A stretch of DNA of 64,000 nucleotides, from NCBI GenBank assembly GCA_043814765.1, contig JBDRJQ010000029.1, positions 16,821 to 80,820 on the forward strand. The letters run 5' to 3'. Shown one piece after another: positions 17,610 to 28,200 of the stretch; the stretch's first letter is position 1; every line of letters starts with the position of its first letter. Position numbers and translations under genes: made by a program. The notes beneath the pieces are model-generated. The model did no database searches. It was not told where the DNA came from and saw nothing but the letters and a program-made list of their open reading frames with translations. Source of the stretch: Nanobdellota archaeon (GTDB lineage Archaea > Aenigmatarchaeota > Aenigmatarchaeia > QMZP01).

Positions 17610-18023
17610 TTGGAAACAAGATTCAAAATTATTATAGCTACATTCGTTGCAATGTTTTCTATTATAGCTGTTTTTTTCTATTTTTATTTGCCTGTTGAGA
17701 CTCAGGCAATAAAGATGTATGTAACTGTAAGCAATTACACGGGGTTCAATGTTGACACAGATGCTATTTATTTTGGAACTCTTCCAGGCGTAGGTACAGC
17801 TAGCCGAAAGTTCAATCTAACAAACAATATTAAAGAGGATCTCTTTGTACACATTTCATCTGATGGTAATATATCAGAATTCCTTTCTATCTCTAAAAAC
17901 AATTTCTTAATGGAAAGAAGTTCTGTTGAAGAGATTGTAGTTGCAGTAACTATTCCAAATGGCAATGAAATTGGAGAATATTCAGGCACTTTGTATGTTA
18001 AATTCACTAGAACTATTTCTTGA
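17610..18023 (+). CDS. Signal-anchored beta-domain protein (137 aa)
   Basis: TTG start directly after the preceding stop codon. It has an N-terminal TM helix. FGTLPGVGTASRKFNLTNN...GTLYVKF resembles the N-terminal domain of ORF 16695. Confidence 0.5.
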   Translation: METRFKIIIATFVAMFSIIAVFFYFYLPVETQAIKMYVTVSNYTGFNVDTDAIYFGTLPGVGTASRKFNLTNNIKEDLFVHISSDGNISEFLSISKNNFLMERSSVEEIVVAVTIPNGNEIGEYSGTLYVKFTRTIS

Positions 18024-19161
18024 TGTGTAGTTCCACTATGTCATTATCTTGCAGTTTCTTTTCTGGTCCTATCTTCTGTCCAGGGAACTTTGCAGAAGGC
18101 CCCCACAATCTTGCGAATGTAAACCTGTCCTTAAACATCCTATGTATCGTCGTACAGACGTCTTCTATGGTGGAGTTCTTCCTTAAAACGAGAGGCTCTT
18201 TCATGTCAGGCTCTTTACCTATTTTCTTAAGGAATATTCTTATTAGACCAAGGGTTTTCCATATATTATTCTTAAGATCCTCTATGTTTTCACCCTTATC
18301 TGCAGATATTGGTATTACGTTGTTCTTTCTGCAAAACATCTCTACTTCTTCTTCTCTCATTAAATCTGTTTTATTGAGCAAAATTATCATAGGAGCATAA
18401 GTTCTGTTGCCTAGCACAACATCAATGAACTCGTCTGCTGTTATGTCATTCCTTATAAGAACGTCCGCATTGTGTATGCCGAATGTGTTTGCAATGGATT
18501 TTATTTCATCTATGCTAGTCTTTGTCAACTTGACGGTAGATTCTACGCTTATTCCTCCCATAGATTTCTTTTCTATTTTAACATCAGGAGGATGCTGATT
18601 TATTCTGAAACCAGATTCATAAAGTTCCCTTTTCATCACTTTTATTTTTCTTTCTGGATCCTTGTTATCCAGAACATAAACTATCAAATCAGCTACTCTA
18701 ACTACAGAAAGGACTTCCTTACCACGACCCTTTCCAGCAGAAACTCCTTCTATAAGCCCAGGAACATCCAATACCTGTATTTTAGCGCCATTGAGTTCCA
18801 TTATGCCCGGAACAACTTCCAAAGTTGTAAACTCGTAATGAGCAACTTTAGATTTTGCATCAGTTAATTTGTTCAGAATAGTGGATTTTCCTACTGATGG
18901 ATAGCCCACAAGTACAACAGTAGCGTCACCGGATTTTTTTATGCCATAACCAAGACCCTGAGGACCACCAGAGGTTTTTTGTGCCTCTTGACGAAGCTTG
19001 GCAAGTTTGGCTTTTAGAGCACCTATATGTTTCTGAGTAGCCTTGTTGTATTTGGTTCGTTTTATTTCTTCCTCAATCTCTGTTATTTGTTCCTGTTTTC
19101 CAGAGATTTTCGTCTTTTTGACCTCTTCTTCCAGTTCTTTTAATTGGTGCCTCTTTCCCAT
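18013..19161 (-). CDS. Developmentally regulated GTP-binding protein (DRG/Rbg, Obg family) with TGS domain
   Basis: KNKATQKHIGALKAKLAKL, G1 GYPSVGKST, G3 DVPGLI and G4 NKTD are present, with a TGS-like C-terminus. Confidence 0.9.
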   Translation of the reverse strand: MGKRHQLKELEEEVKKTKISGKQEQITEIEEEIKRTKYNKATQKHIGALKAKLAKLRQEAQKTSGGPQGLGYGIKKSGDATVVLVGYPSVGKSTILNKLTDAKSKVAHYEFTTLEVVPGIMELNGAKIQVLDVPGLIEGVSAGKGRGKEVLSVVRVADLIVYVLDNKDPERKIKVMKRELYESGFRINQHPPDVKIEKKSMGGISVESTVKLTKTSIDEIKSIANTFGIHNADVLIRNDITADEFIDVVLGNRTYAPMIILLNKTDLMREEEVEMFCRKNNVIPISADKGENIEDLKNNIWKTLGLIRIFLKKIGKEPDMKEPLVLRKNSTIEDVCTTIHRMFKDRFTFARLWGPSAKFPGQKIGPEKKLQDNDIVELHIKK

Positions 19162-19199
19162 AATATAATGATTTAAGCAGTCTTCCTTTAATAATCAGT

Positions 19200-19745
19200 A
19201 TGGACAAGGACCAACACTTCATGATTGATAAAGAAACTATTAGAAAAATAGTTTCACTCGCAGAGATTGGACCAGAGGAAACAGTCATAGAAATAGGCGC
19301 TGGGCATGGAGCAATGACAAAGGAGCTTGTAAAGCATGCAAAGAAAGTCATTGCAATAGAACTGGATAAAAAACTGAAACCCATTTTAGAGAGGAATGTT
19401 GGAGGTTTTAAAAATGTTAACTTGCTAATAAAAAACGCACTCAAAACAGATCTATCTGCAGACAAGATTATTGGAAACTTGCCTTATGCTATATGTGAAG
19501 CTCTAATTCAGAAGCTTTCTGAACATGATTTCAAGAAGGCTGTTTTCACTGTTTCCAAGTCTTTTGCCTACAGGCTTTTAGCAAAATCCGGCGATCAAAA
19601 TCACAGCAAATTGTCTGATTTCTCGCAGAAAAATTTCAAAATAAGGATAGAAATGAGTGTCCCAAAAGAGGTTTTTAAGCCAAAACCAAAAACTAATTCT
19701 GTAGTAATTTCTTTAGTAAAAACCGATAGAAAGCGACTTAAATAA
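19200..19745 (+). CDS. ksgA: rRNA adenine dimethyltransferase KsgA/Dim1, short form
   Basis: DQHFMID, the SAM motif VIEIGAGHGAMT, IGNLPY and the FKPKPK(T)NS block are present. At 181 aa it appears to lack the usual C-terminal helical domain. Confidence 0.8.
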   Translation: MDKDQHFMIDKETIRKIVSLAEIGPEETVIEIGAGHGAMTKELVKHAKKVIAIELDKKLKPILERNVGGFKNVNLLIKNALKTDLSADKIIGNLPYAICEALIQKLSEHDFKKAVFTVSKSFAYRLLAKSGDQNHSKLSDFSQKNFKIRIEMSVPKEVFKPKPKTNSVVISLVKTDRKRLK

Positions 19746-19848
19746 AGCTATTTATAGCTTAAAAATCAATATATAATAATATATTAACAGTTAATAGACA
19801 AGGTAATTTAATATTCTAAAGGAACTAAACAAGTTAAACGGAGTTACT

Positions 19849-21486
19849 ATGACTGAAATAAAAACTGCAGAGCTTATGGCTAAAGATCAGAAAGAGATAA
19901 GCATAAGCCAATTTTTTGAAAAAAATAGGCACCTTTTAGGTTACGATAACAAAATCAAGGCACTTCTAACTATAGTAAAAGAGGGTGTAGACAACGCTCT
20001 TGATGCTACGGAAGAGGCAAGAATTCTTCCTGATATATATATAAAAATAGAGGAAATGGATAAAGAAAAATACAAAATTGTTATAAGAGATAACGGTCCT
20101 GGCATTGTAAAAAATCAAATTCCAAAAATATTTGGTAAGCTGCTTTATGGAAGCAAGTTTCATAGGCTTCGTCAATCCCGTGGACAGCAGGGCATAGGTA
20201 TTAGCGGTGCTGTTCTTTACTCTCAACTAACCACAGGTGAATCCACGAAAATACTTACTTCTACTGGCAAGGGAGAAACACATAAAATAGAACTTAAGAT
20301 TGATGTTAAAGTCAACGAGCCAAAAATACTGAAAGATGAGGTAATAAAAAATGGTGCTGATTGGCGTGGCTTACAGATAACGTTTATTGTTGAAGGAATA
20401 TACAGAGAACACAAGCAGTCTGTTTTAGAGTATCTGAAACAGGTGGCTATATCAAATCCTTATGCTAATTTAACCTTTGATTCGCCAAATGGTCGGATAG
20501 ATTTTAAACGTGGTGTTAATCATCTGCCAAAAGAGCCTAAGGAAATCAAACCACATCTTTATGGTATCGAAGTTGGTATAATGACCAGAATGCTTCAGGA
20601 AACAAAGGCCCGTTCTGTTCTGGGTTTCTTAATTACAGAATTTAGCAGAGTAGGTAAAACTAGCGCTGAAGAGATTGGTAAGAAAGCTGGCATTAACACA
20701 AAGGTAAGCCCTAAGAAACTGGAACATAAAGACATAGTTTCAATGGTAAACGCTGTAAAGGAAGTTAAGCTTTCAAGACCCCCTACAGATTGCCTGTCTC
20801 CGCTTACACAAGAGCTTATAGAAAGCGGCATGCAGAAGGAACTTAATCCAGAATTCGTTGCATCAATATCAAGGCCACCAAGTGTTTACAGAGGATGGCC
20901 GTTTCAGGTTGAAGTTGGTATTGCATACGGAGGTTCTATACACGAAGGGACTGTAATGAGGCACGCCAACAGGGTTCCGCTACTATATCAACAAGGGGAT
21001 TGCGCAATAACAAAAGCTGTTGGTCAGGTTGGTTGGAAAAGGTATGGTTTGCCAGGAGATAAAATACCAGAGGGTCCCATTGTTATCTTCGTTCATTTAT
21101 CATCTGTTTGGGTTCCATTTACATCAGAATCTAAAGAGGCTATAGCCTCTTACACGACAATAATAAAGGAGATAAAACTTGCTCTACAGGACTGTGCAAG
21201 AAAGCTATCTTTATACCTTTCTGGTATTAGAAGAGCTGGGAGAATAGCCGAAAAGAAAAAGATATATGAAAAGTATGCACATGAGACTGCCATAGCTCTT
21301 AACGAGCTTACAGGAGATGAAAAGGAAAAGATAGAGAAGATGATTTTAAAAATAGTTGAAGAGCGGTGGGGGGACATAGAAAAAGAGGAAAATGGAGAAA
21401 ACAATAATGAAGAAACTCTTGAAAAGAAGGAAGCTCCTGAAAAAGAAAATAAAAAGAGTGTAGAAGAGGATAAAGAGGGTGAATAA
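19849..21486 (+). CDS. top6B: DNA topoisomerase VI subunit B
   Basis: GHKL ATPase blocks ([23 protein letters not shown]) and Top6B-typical length and order. It has an acidic/Lys-rich tail. Confidence 0.95.
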   Translation: MTEIKTAELMAKDQKEISISQFFEKNRHLLGYDNKIKALLTIVKEGVDNALDATEEARILPDIYIKIEEMDKEKYKIVIRDNGPGIVKNQIPKIFGKLLYGSKFHRLRQSRGQQGIGISGAVLYSQLTTGESTKILTSTGKGETHKIELKIDVKVNEPKILKDEVIKNGADWRGLQITFIVEGIYREHKQSVLEYLKQVAISNPYANLTFDSPNGRIDFKRGVNHLPKEPKEIKPHLYGIEVGIMTRMLQETKARSVLGFLITEFSRVGKTSAEEIGKKAGINTKVSPKKLEHKDIVSMVNAVKEVKLSRPPTDCLSPLTQELIESGMQKELNPEFVASISRPPSVYRGWPFQVEVGIAYGGSIHEGTVMRHANRVPLLYQQGDCAITKAVGQVGWKRYGLPGDKIPEGPIVIFVHLSSVWVPFTSESKEAIASYTTIIKEIKLALQDCARKLSLYLSGIRRAGRIAEKKKIYEKYAHETAIALNELTGDEKEKIEKMILKIVEERWGDIEKEENGENNNEETLEKKEAPEKENKKSVEEDKEGE

Positions 21487-21487
21487 A

Positions 21488-22576
21488 ATGACAGAAAAAG
21501 AAACTATTGAAAAGCTTTCAAAACTTGGAAACGAGGTATTGAATGATATAAAAAAGGTGAAAAACCCAGACATACAGCTACCAGTAAGAACATTATCTAA
21601 TATTTATTTTGATGAAAAGAGCAGATTGATTAAGCTCGGTGATAAGGTAAGCCATAGAAGCTACATGAATATTGCTCACACAAGAAAATTCATGCAAACG
21701 CTACTTGTTGCAGCAGAGTGCAAGAAGATAATAAATCAAAACGTTTCAACTTCTATCAGGGATTTGTATTATGCTGTAAAGCACACCATTCCTGGCACAA
21801 AAGAAAACACGTTTGAAGAGCAGAGTGAATCAGATCCTATAATAGAGGATATAGAGGCAGCTTTAAACACGTTAAGAGAGATGCTTCATCTTCAAGCAGA
21901 TAGAAAGGGGTATCTCGCAGGAAGTCTTATAATTAATGATACAGGCGATGAAATAGATTGTGGTAAAATGGGTTCATCTGGCTGGGCAATACCATCAAAT
22001 GCTGAAGACAATAGAATAAAGTTTGAAAAATGCGATGCTGATTATGTTTTGATGGTGGAGAAAGACGCCATATGGCAGAGGCTGAATGAGGATAAGTTCT
22101 GGAAAAAACAAAACTGTTTAGTACTAACAGGAAAAGGACAGCCTGCTCGTGGAACAAGAAGATTAGTTAACAGGCTTCACAGAGAACTAAAACTTCCTAT
22201 ATACGTGCTTACTGATGCTGATCCTTGGGGATATTATATTTATTCTGTCTTGAAACAGGGTTCTATTAATCTGTCTTTCCTTTCAGACAGGCTAGGGACA
22301 CCTGAAGCCAAGTTCATCGGTTTGACAACAATAGATGTTGAAGAATTTGAAATACCAAAAACTGTAACAATCAAATTAAACGAAGGTGACAAAAAGAGAA
22401 CAGTAGAAATGATGAACTACGTCTGGTTCAAGCCAAAAGAGTGGCAGGATGAGATGAAGAACATGATGAAGGTTGGTTACAAACTAGAACTTGAGGCTCT
22501 GTCTGCTAAAGGCATCAAGTTCATCAGCGAGAAATATTTACCACAAAAAATAGAGAATAAGGAATTTTTACCATAA
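21488..22576 (+). CDS. top6A: DNA topoisomerase VI subunit A (Spo11-like)
   Basis: IRDLYY (catalytic Tyr region), VLMVEKDAIWQRL and the Toprim block VLTDADPWGYYI. The ATG lies 2 nt after the top6B stop codon. Confidence 0.95.
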   Translation: MTEKETIEKLSKLGNEVLNDIKKVKNPDIQLPVRTLSNIYFDEKSRLIKLGDKVSHRSYMNIAHTRKFMQTLLVAAECKKIINQNVSTSIRDLYYAVKHTIPGTKENTFEEQSESDPIIEDIEAALNTLREMLHLQADRKGYLAGSLIINDTGDEIDCGKMGSSGWAIPSNAEDNRIKFEKCDADYVLMVEKDAIWQRLNEDKFWKKQNCLVLTGKGQPARGTRRLVNRLHRELKLPIYVLTDADPWGYYIYSVLKQGSINLSFLSDRLGTPEAKFIGLTTIDVEEFEIPKTVTIKLNEGDKKRTVEMMNYVWFKPKEWQDEMKNMMKVGYKLELEALSAKGIKFISEKYLPQKIENKEFLP

Positions 22577-22609
22577 ACTTTTAGGAAAAAGTTTAGCTTC
22601 CAGAAAAAC
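22575..22609 (+). repeat. Copy F of the hairpin module, abutting the top6A stop codon
   Basis: In TAAACTTTTAGGAAAAAGTTT-AGCTTCCAGAAAAAC the stop TAA forms the 5' end of the hairpin. The last 13 nt are identical to the 3' end of the tRNA-Ser intron (56381-56393). Confidence 0.6.
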
Positions 22610-23067
22610 TATACATCACAACCGAATGTGTTAGCAAGACTTTCTAATGATTTCTCTCCTGGATAGCTTTTACCAGAACCTATCCAAGTTGGATAACCGC
22701 CAACGCCTGCTGTATCACAAGCTGCTTTGTCTTCAGTGCATTCTACATAATCAACGTATTGGAAAGCGTCTCCAAACATTGTTTTTTGATTATTGCAGTG
22801 ACCGCACCAGGAAGCACCGTACATTTTTACACCCTTATCAGTAAGGCATTTCGCAAGGGCTTCCTCATAGCTAACTTCTCCTGCAATTACATTATTATTG
22901 TTATTATCGCTTCCTGTGTTAATATCGTCCATTGCAAAACCAAAAATACCACAAACCATGCCTGTAGCAGTTGTTTGGCAGGAGCTAATATACACTAAAG
23001 CTATGCCTATGAGCGCAATTACTACTATTGCGGCTATTACAACAATGTTTCTTGTTTTCTTGTCCAT
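22609..23067 (-). CDS. Membrane-anchored extracytoplasmic thioredoxin-like protein (WCGHC)
   Basis: An N-terminal TM helix is followed by GASWCGHCNNQKTMFG...VDYVEC...C...GVGGYPTW. This resembles the Trx-like domains associated with VKOR-type disulfide systems. Confidence 0.7.
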   Translation of the reverse strand: MDKKTRNIVVIAAIVVIALIGIALVYISSCQTTATGMVCGIFGFAMDDINTGSDNNNNNVIAGEVSYEEALAKCLTDKGVKMYGASWCGHCNNQKTMFGDAFQYVDYVECTEDKAACDTAGVGGYPTWIGSGKSYPGEKSLESLANTFGCDV

Positions 23068-23130
23068 TGAATCACTTCTTTATTGTTTTATGCAAGTTAT
23101 TTAAATACTTCCCTTAAACAATAGTTTTCT

Positions 23131-25278
23131 ATGAGCTATACTTTGATAATAACAGAAAAACCAAGTGCAGCAGAAAAGATAGCAAATGCGCTAGCAGAAG
23201 GCAAGATTGATAAAAAAACCAAAGGTAAAGTTAGCCATTACATAATTAACAGAAAGGGAGAAAAAATTGTTGTTGTTTCTGCTGTAGGGCATCTGTTTGT
23301 AATTGATGAAGAAGACAGCAAAATTAAATGGACTTATCCTGTCTTTAAAGTGAAATGGGTACCAACATTCACTGAAAAGGGTAGTGCATGGGCAAAACCT
23401 TATTATGAAAACATAAAAACACTCGCAAAGGGAGCAGACAATTTTGTTTCTGCATGCGATTATGACATAGAAGGTTCTACCATAGCCTTCAATATTCTTA
23501 GATTCATTTGTGATACTGAAAAAGGTAGAAGAATGAAATTCTCTACGTTAACAAAAGAAGAGTTGATAGAGGCTTATGAAAAATCTTCTCCAACTCTGGA
23601 CTTTCCGCAAATAGAAGCTGGCCTAACAAGACACCAGCTTGACTGGTATTTTGGTATAAACCTGTCGCGTGCTCTAACATTATCAGTGGAGCATGTTGGT
23701 GGTTTTTGGACGCTTTCCACAGGCAGAGTTCAGGGACCAACACTTAAAATTCTTAATGAAAGAGAAAAGAGTATCGCAAAATTCGTGCCAAAGCCTTACT
23801 GGGAAATAGAAGCCCATTGTTTATTGGGTGAAAAAAACGTAGAAGCTCATCACGAAAATGACAAGTTCTGGAAGAATGATGAAGCTAATAAAATATTCAA
23901 TAAATGCAAAGGTAAGAACGGTGTTGTGGATGATGTGAAGAAAACAACACAGAAGCAGAAGCCACCTGTTCCTTTTGACTTAACAACTCTTCAGCGAGAC
24001 AGCTATAATCTTTTCAAGTACTCTCCTAAAATGACTCTGGATGTGGCTCAATCATTATACGAGCATGCACTAATAAGCTATCCAAGAACATCCAGTCAGA
24101 AACTTCCTGCAAAGCTTGGTTTAAAGAAAATACTAACAGATCTTTCTAAGCAAAATGAGTACGCTGCTTACTGCAAAGAGCTTCTAGCTAAAAAAGAACT
24201 GAAGCCAAACGAAGGAAGCAAGACAGATTCTGCACACCCAAGCATATTCCCAACAGGTGTGGTTCCAAAGAAACTTAACAACTACCAGAAGAGAATTTAT
24301 GATCTTATTGTAAAACGGTTCTTTGCTGTATTTGGCGATCCTGCTATTCGTGAACATATATGTGTAAAGATAAACGTTAATGACGAGATTTTCGTAACAA
24401 ATGGTGTGAGAACTGTAAAAGCTAACTGGATAGATTTATACAAACCATACGCAAAATTCAAAGATCAAGTTCTTCCAGAAGTTAAGAACGGTGATAATGT
24501 AAAGATTAAAGACTTGAATCTTCTTGATAAGAAAACAGAGCCTCCTAACAGATACAGCCAGGCATCAATACTGAAGGAGATGGAATCTTTAAGCCTTGGA
24601 ACAAAAGCCACACGTGCAGGCATACTGCACACACTGTATGAGCGAGGTTATATAAGAGATGCCTCTATAAGCGTGACCAAGCTAGGACAGGCTGTCACAT
24701 CAGCGCTTTCAAAACACTGCCCTGAAATAATCTCTGCTGAACTGACCAAAAGATTTGATCAGGAAATGGAAGACATACAATCAGGCAAACAGAAAAGGGA
24801 AAAAATAATAAAGGATGCTGAGAAAGAGCTGACAAAAATATTAACAGATTTCAAAGCGCATGAGAAAGAGATAGGCAATGAGATGCTTGGAGCAATAAAG
24901 GAATACGAGCATATTCTGCACACTCTGGGACCATGCAACAAATGCAAAACAGGAGAGCTTCATATTATTCATTCGCCCAAAACCCATAAGAGATTCATAG
25001 GATGCACAGGCTATCCAAAATGTTCCAATTCACTGCCTCTACCACAGAGAGGATGGATAGAGGCAACAAAGAGAAAATGCAAAGACTGCGGTCTCTTCGA
25101 GCTGCTCGTAAAATCCAAGGGAAGAAGGCCATGGAACTTCTGTGCAAAGTGCGGTTATGAGAAGTACAAAGCAACTCTAGCAGCGAAAGCAAAGGCTGGA
25201 AAGACTGTTGTAATAAAAGGCGTTTCAAGCACAGTCAAAAATAAAGATGTTAAAGCTAGTTTTGCCAAGAAAAAATGA
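23131..25278 (+). CDS. topA: DNA topoisomerase I (type IA)
   Basis: Toprim N-terminus LIITEKPSAAEKIA, the catalytic-Tyr block ISYPRTSSQ and C-terminal Cys4 zinc ribbons (CNKC...C, CKDC...CAKC). Confidence 0.95.
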   Translation: MSYTLIITEKPSAAEKIANALAEGKIDKKTKGKVSHYIINRKGEKIVVVSAVGHLFVIDEEDSKIKWTYPVFKVKWVPTFTEKGSAWAKPYYENIKTLAKGADNFVSACDYDIEGSTIAFNILRFICDTEKGRRMKFSTLTKEELIEAYEKSSPTLDFPQIEAGLTRHQLDWYFGINLSRALTLSVEHVGGFWTLSTGRVQGPTLKILNEREKSIAKFVPKPYWEIEAHCLLGEKNVEAHHENDKFWKNDEANKIFNKCKGKNGVVDDVKKTTQKQKPPVPFDLTTLQRDSYNLFKYSPKMTLDVAQSLYEHALISYPRTSSQKLPAKLGLKKILTDLSKQNEYAAYCKELLAKKELKPNEGSKTDSAHPSIFPTGVVPKKLNNYQKRIYDLIVKRFFAVFGDPAIREHICVKINVNDEIFVTNGVRTVKANWIDLYKPYAKFKDQVLPEVKNGDNVKIKDLNLLDKKTEPPNRYSQASILKEMESLSLGTKATRAGILHTLYERGYIRDASISVTKLGQAVTSALSKHCPEIISAELTKRFDQEMEDIQSGKQKREKIIKDAEKELTKILTDFKAHEKEIGNEMLGAIKEYEHILHTLGPCNKCKTGELHIIHSPKTHKRFIGCTGYPKCSNSLPLPQRGWIEATKRKCKDCGLFELLVKSKGRRPWNFCAKCGYEKYKATLAAKAKAGKTVVIKGVSSTVKNKDVKASFAKKK

Positions 25279-25281
25279 ATT

Positions 25282-28200
25282 TCAAATTTTAGAAGTTACT
25301 TCATCATCTGTTAATGGAGGTCCGCCAAAATCTCCTGCAGGTGGTCCTGGCCAGTATGCTGTCCAATCGGCATATTCAGCATATGCGCTTATTCCTGCTC
25401 CAGTAGCCATTGTAGCATATATTGATGCCATCGCAATCCATCCTGCTCCTCCAGTTAGTATTCCAACTGCTAATACTCCGAGTGTTCCTACCGCTACACC
25501 AGTCCATTTTAATCCTGCTTGTCTTGCACCCAGAGGATTTACGCAGTAATTGTATTCTCCTCTTTCAACTGTCTCAAGTTTAGGAGTTATTACTATTGTT
25601 TCTGAAGCACACTTGGGATCTACAGAATAAGTGTCGAATGTACCATCTTCATCAACATCCGTAAGTATGAGCTTATAATCAATATCTCTAATGAAAACCC
25701 CTCCAACTTCATGGAATATGAACGTTATGGTTTCAAAAGAAGAGTCCAGTGGATCTTCTCCAATATCGGAATATATTCTTCCTGCATTCATTTCATCTTC
25801 AAAATCAACATTCTGGATATTGACTTTCATTGGGTCTTCCCTGCCAGGAATTTCTATGCTGAATTCCTTTGTATATATTCCATTATTAATTCTTTCTCCT
25901 TCCGAATTATCTGGATCTATATCAAATGTTGTCAAAAGATCTTCTCTTTTCAGGTTGAATAAATCGCTGATTGTCAGTTGCTGTCCATTGCGATTGCTAC
26001 TTGGAGCGTTTATTTTAATTCCTCCAAAATTTATGCTTTCGAATATTTCATTAATTGAGCATGAAGGAACGTCTGAAGGGCAGGCATCAGTCCCAGCACT
26101 GCCTTCTGTAAATATTTTTGAATTCTCGCATGTCGATGCACCTTCTTCAATTATGCTTTCCCATTTGTTGTTGATGCCGAAAAAATTCACATCTTTGTAA
26201 ACATATGTGTATAGCTGGCAGATTACACACTCATTTTCTTCTGTTCCTGGCACTATCTTATTAATTTCAAGTGTGTCAATCTTGCATGGAGAGACAAGAT
26301 GAAATGGCTTCCTTCTTTCGAAGCTGAATGTATCTGGGTCCCAATATATTATAACCGGTGTTCCTTTCATTTCATCAGGAAGTTTGTAAACAACCTCTTT
26401 ATTGAAAGGCTCTTTGAGAACTATTGAATTCGCATGCTGGTTGTATTTTGCATTATAGCTGTCTACAATAGAAGCTGCCCATGTAGCTCCGCCAACCGTC
26501 AGTCCAACTAAAGCACCAGCAACCGTTCTCTTGCTCAAAACTAACTTTACACCATTGATTCCAATATTAAGAGCCCTCGTCTTAAAGGCATTTATGAGAT
26601 TATCTCTAAGGAATTTTCCTGCGGCATTTTTTAAGGCCATGCCAATTATTTGAGATCTAGTAAGCGATAAACCTTTTAATGCGGCCTTTTCAGCGGCATA
26701 TTTTACTCCAAGATTAGCAACTCCATTTGCTACTGTACCTACAACTTTGCCTATGGGTATTGCCGTAAGAAGAGCCAAACCTGCTGCTAATTTCCAGTTA
26801 GGTTTGTATGTCCAGGTGTCTTGGTCTGCTGGGAACTCCTGCCAATAAATTATGTATTCCGGGTCTCCATATTTTGCTATGAACTTGTCTTGCCATTTGT
26901 TAACCTCTTCAATGGTTTGTGGTAAATATATGTTTTTTATTATGCAAGTATCAAAATTTTCAGGTAAAATAAAAAATGAATTTTGTGTAATTATAGAATT
27001 AGGTGTTCCATAAATCTTAGAAAAGTCTTTTCCGCTGATACTAGTCTTTCCAGAAAACAAACAATTAACATTAGTTGTTTCTGTTGATAAACTTTCTCCT
27101 TGAACACCAAAAAATCTTTCACACCTTTTTGGATAGTTTGGAACTTCGTTCATTAACTCGTCAGCTATTACATTAATATCACCTAAAGTTTCATGCCTGT
27201 AAGTTTCTGATATTCCATTTGAATATTCTATACGTATTTCATGATTTGAAGAAGCATCTAAAGCTAGCACACTAAAAAGCTTTTTAATTCCCTCTTTATA
27301 GTCATTTTTATATGACCATAAAAGGTCTGCTATAGTTGCATAATGAACACCATCAGTTGGGGTATCTAAATCAAATTTGAAATAGGATTTTTTAGGATCT
27401 TCGTCTCCAAATCTTTCATATTTTGTTGCACCTTCGAAAAAATCGTTATTGCATCCAGGACATCGCCATATCCATTCCTTATTCTTTGCATCAAAATAAT
27501 AATATATATCCTTAGTTGCACCCGATACGAAATTATCTTTATCGTCATAGATGAAGTGCGGCATTATTCGTTCACAATTATTATCATCAATATAAAATGG
27601 GTCTGGTAATGTTGTTATATGCATAGGCTCAGCGTCAATTACTGGCAACAAAGCAAGGGTGAAACCTCTCTCTATTTGACTGTTAATACAATTATTGGAA
27701 ACTCCATCCGTATACTGAATATCGGATAAACTTATTATATGATAGTTCGATATGGTATCTACTGTATCCAAAACTCTTACTAAATCCCCTCTTTTTAATT
27801 CACAAAAAACATCATCAAAATTTACTTCGTCGTAAAGATTTCCATCTGTTTCAAAATATATACTGGCTTTTTCTCTTTCATTAGGTCCTGAAGAACCATC
27901 AAGAGTCATTGGTTTAATCACATACCAATATTCTTCTAGCTGTAAATCTATTTTTTCTTCCTTACCAGTAATTTCTTCATCATTTACAGCTGTTGGGGAT
28001 AATAAGAACCCACCTAATATACCAGATAACCCTGATTCATCTTCATTATTCTCTGCAAAATCGTTATTCTCTTTAAGAGCATCCACAACACCTCCACCAA
28101 CAACAACATCTGCACCACATGGAGTATTCATATCACCAGTAACTGTCCATGTCAATGCACAGTGTATGGCTTCTGCAGCTACTGTTGCACTATCGTCGGA

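Noticed and set aside
9918-18023. A tRNA-flanked genomic island (integrated element) downstream of tRNA-Trp and tRNA-Thr
   Set aside because: There is no integrase, no recombinase and no direct repeat of the tRNA 3' end at the distal boundary. No mobile-element genes were seen. The block is accessory-looking, but integration is not supported.
19073-19465. 130-aa minus-strand ORF spanning the DRG start and the ksgA 5' region
   Set aside because: It overlaps two recognisable genes on both strands and has no family signal.
25691-26200. 169-aa plus-strand ORF inside the 1051-aa minus-strand gene
   Set aside because: It lies entirely within a much longer ORF of normal composition. It has no start context and is Ser/Leu-rich.
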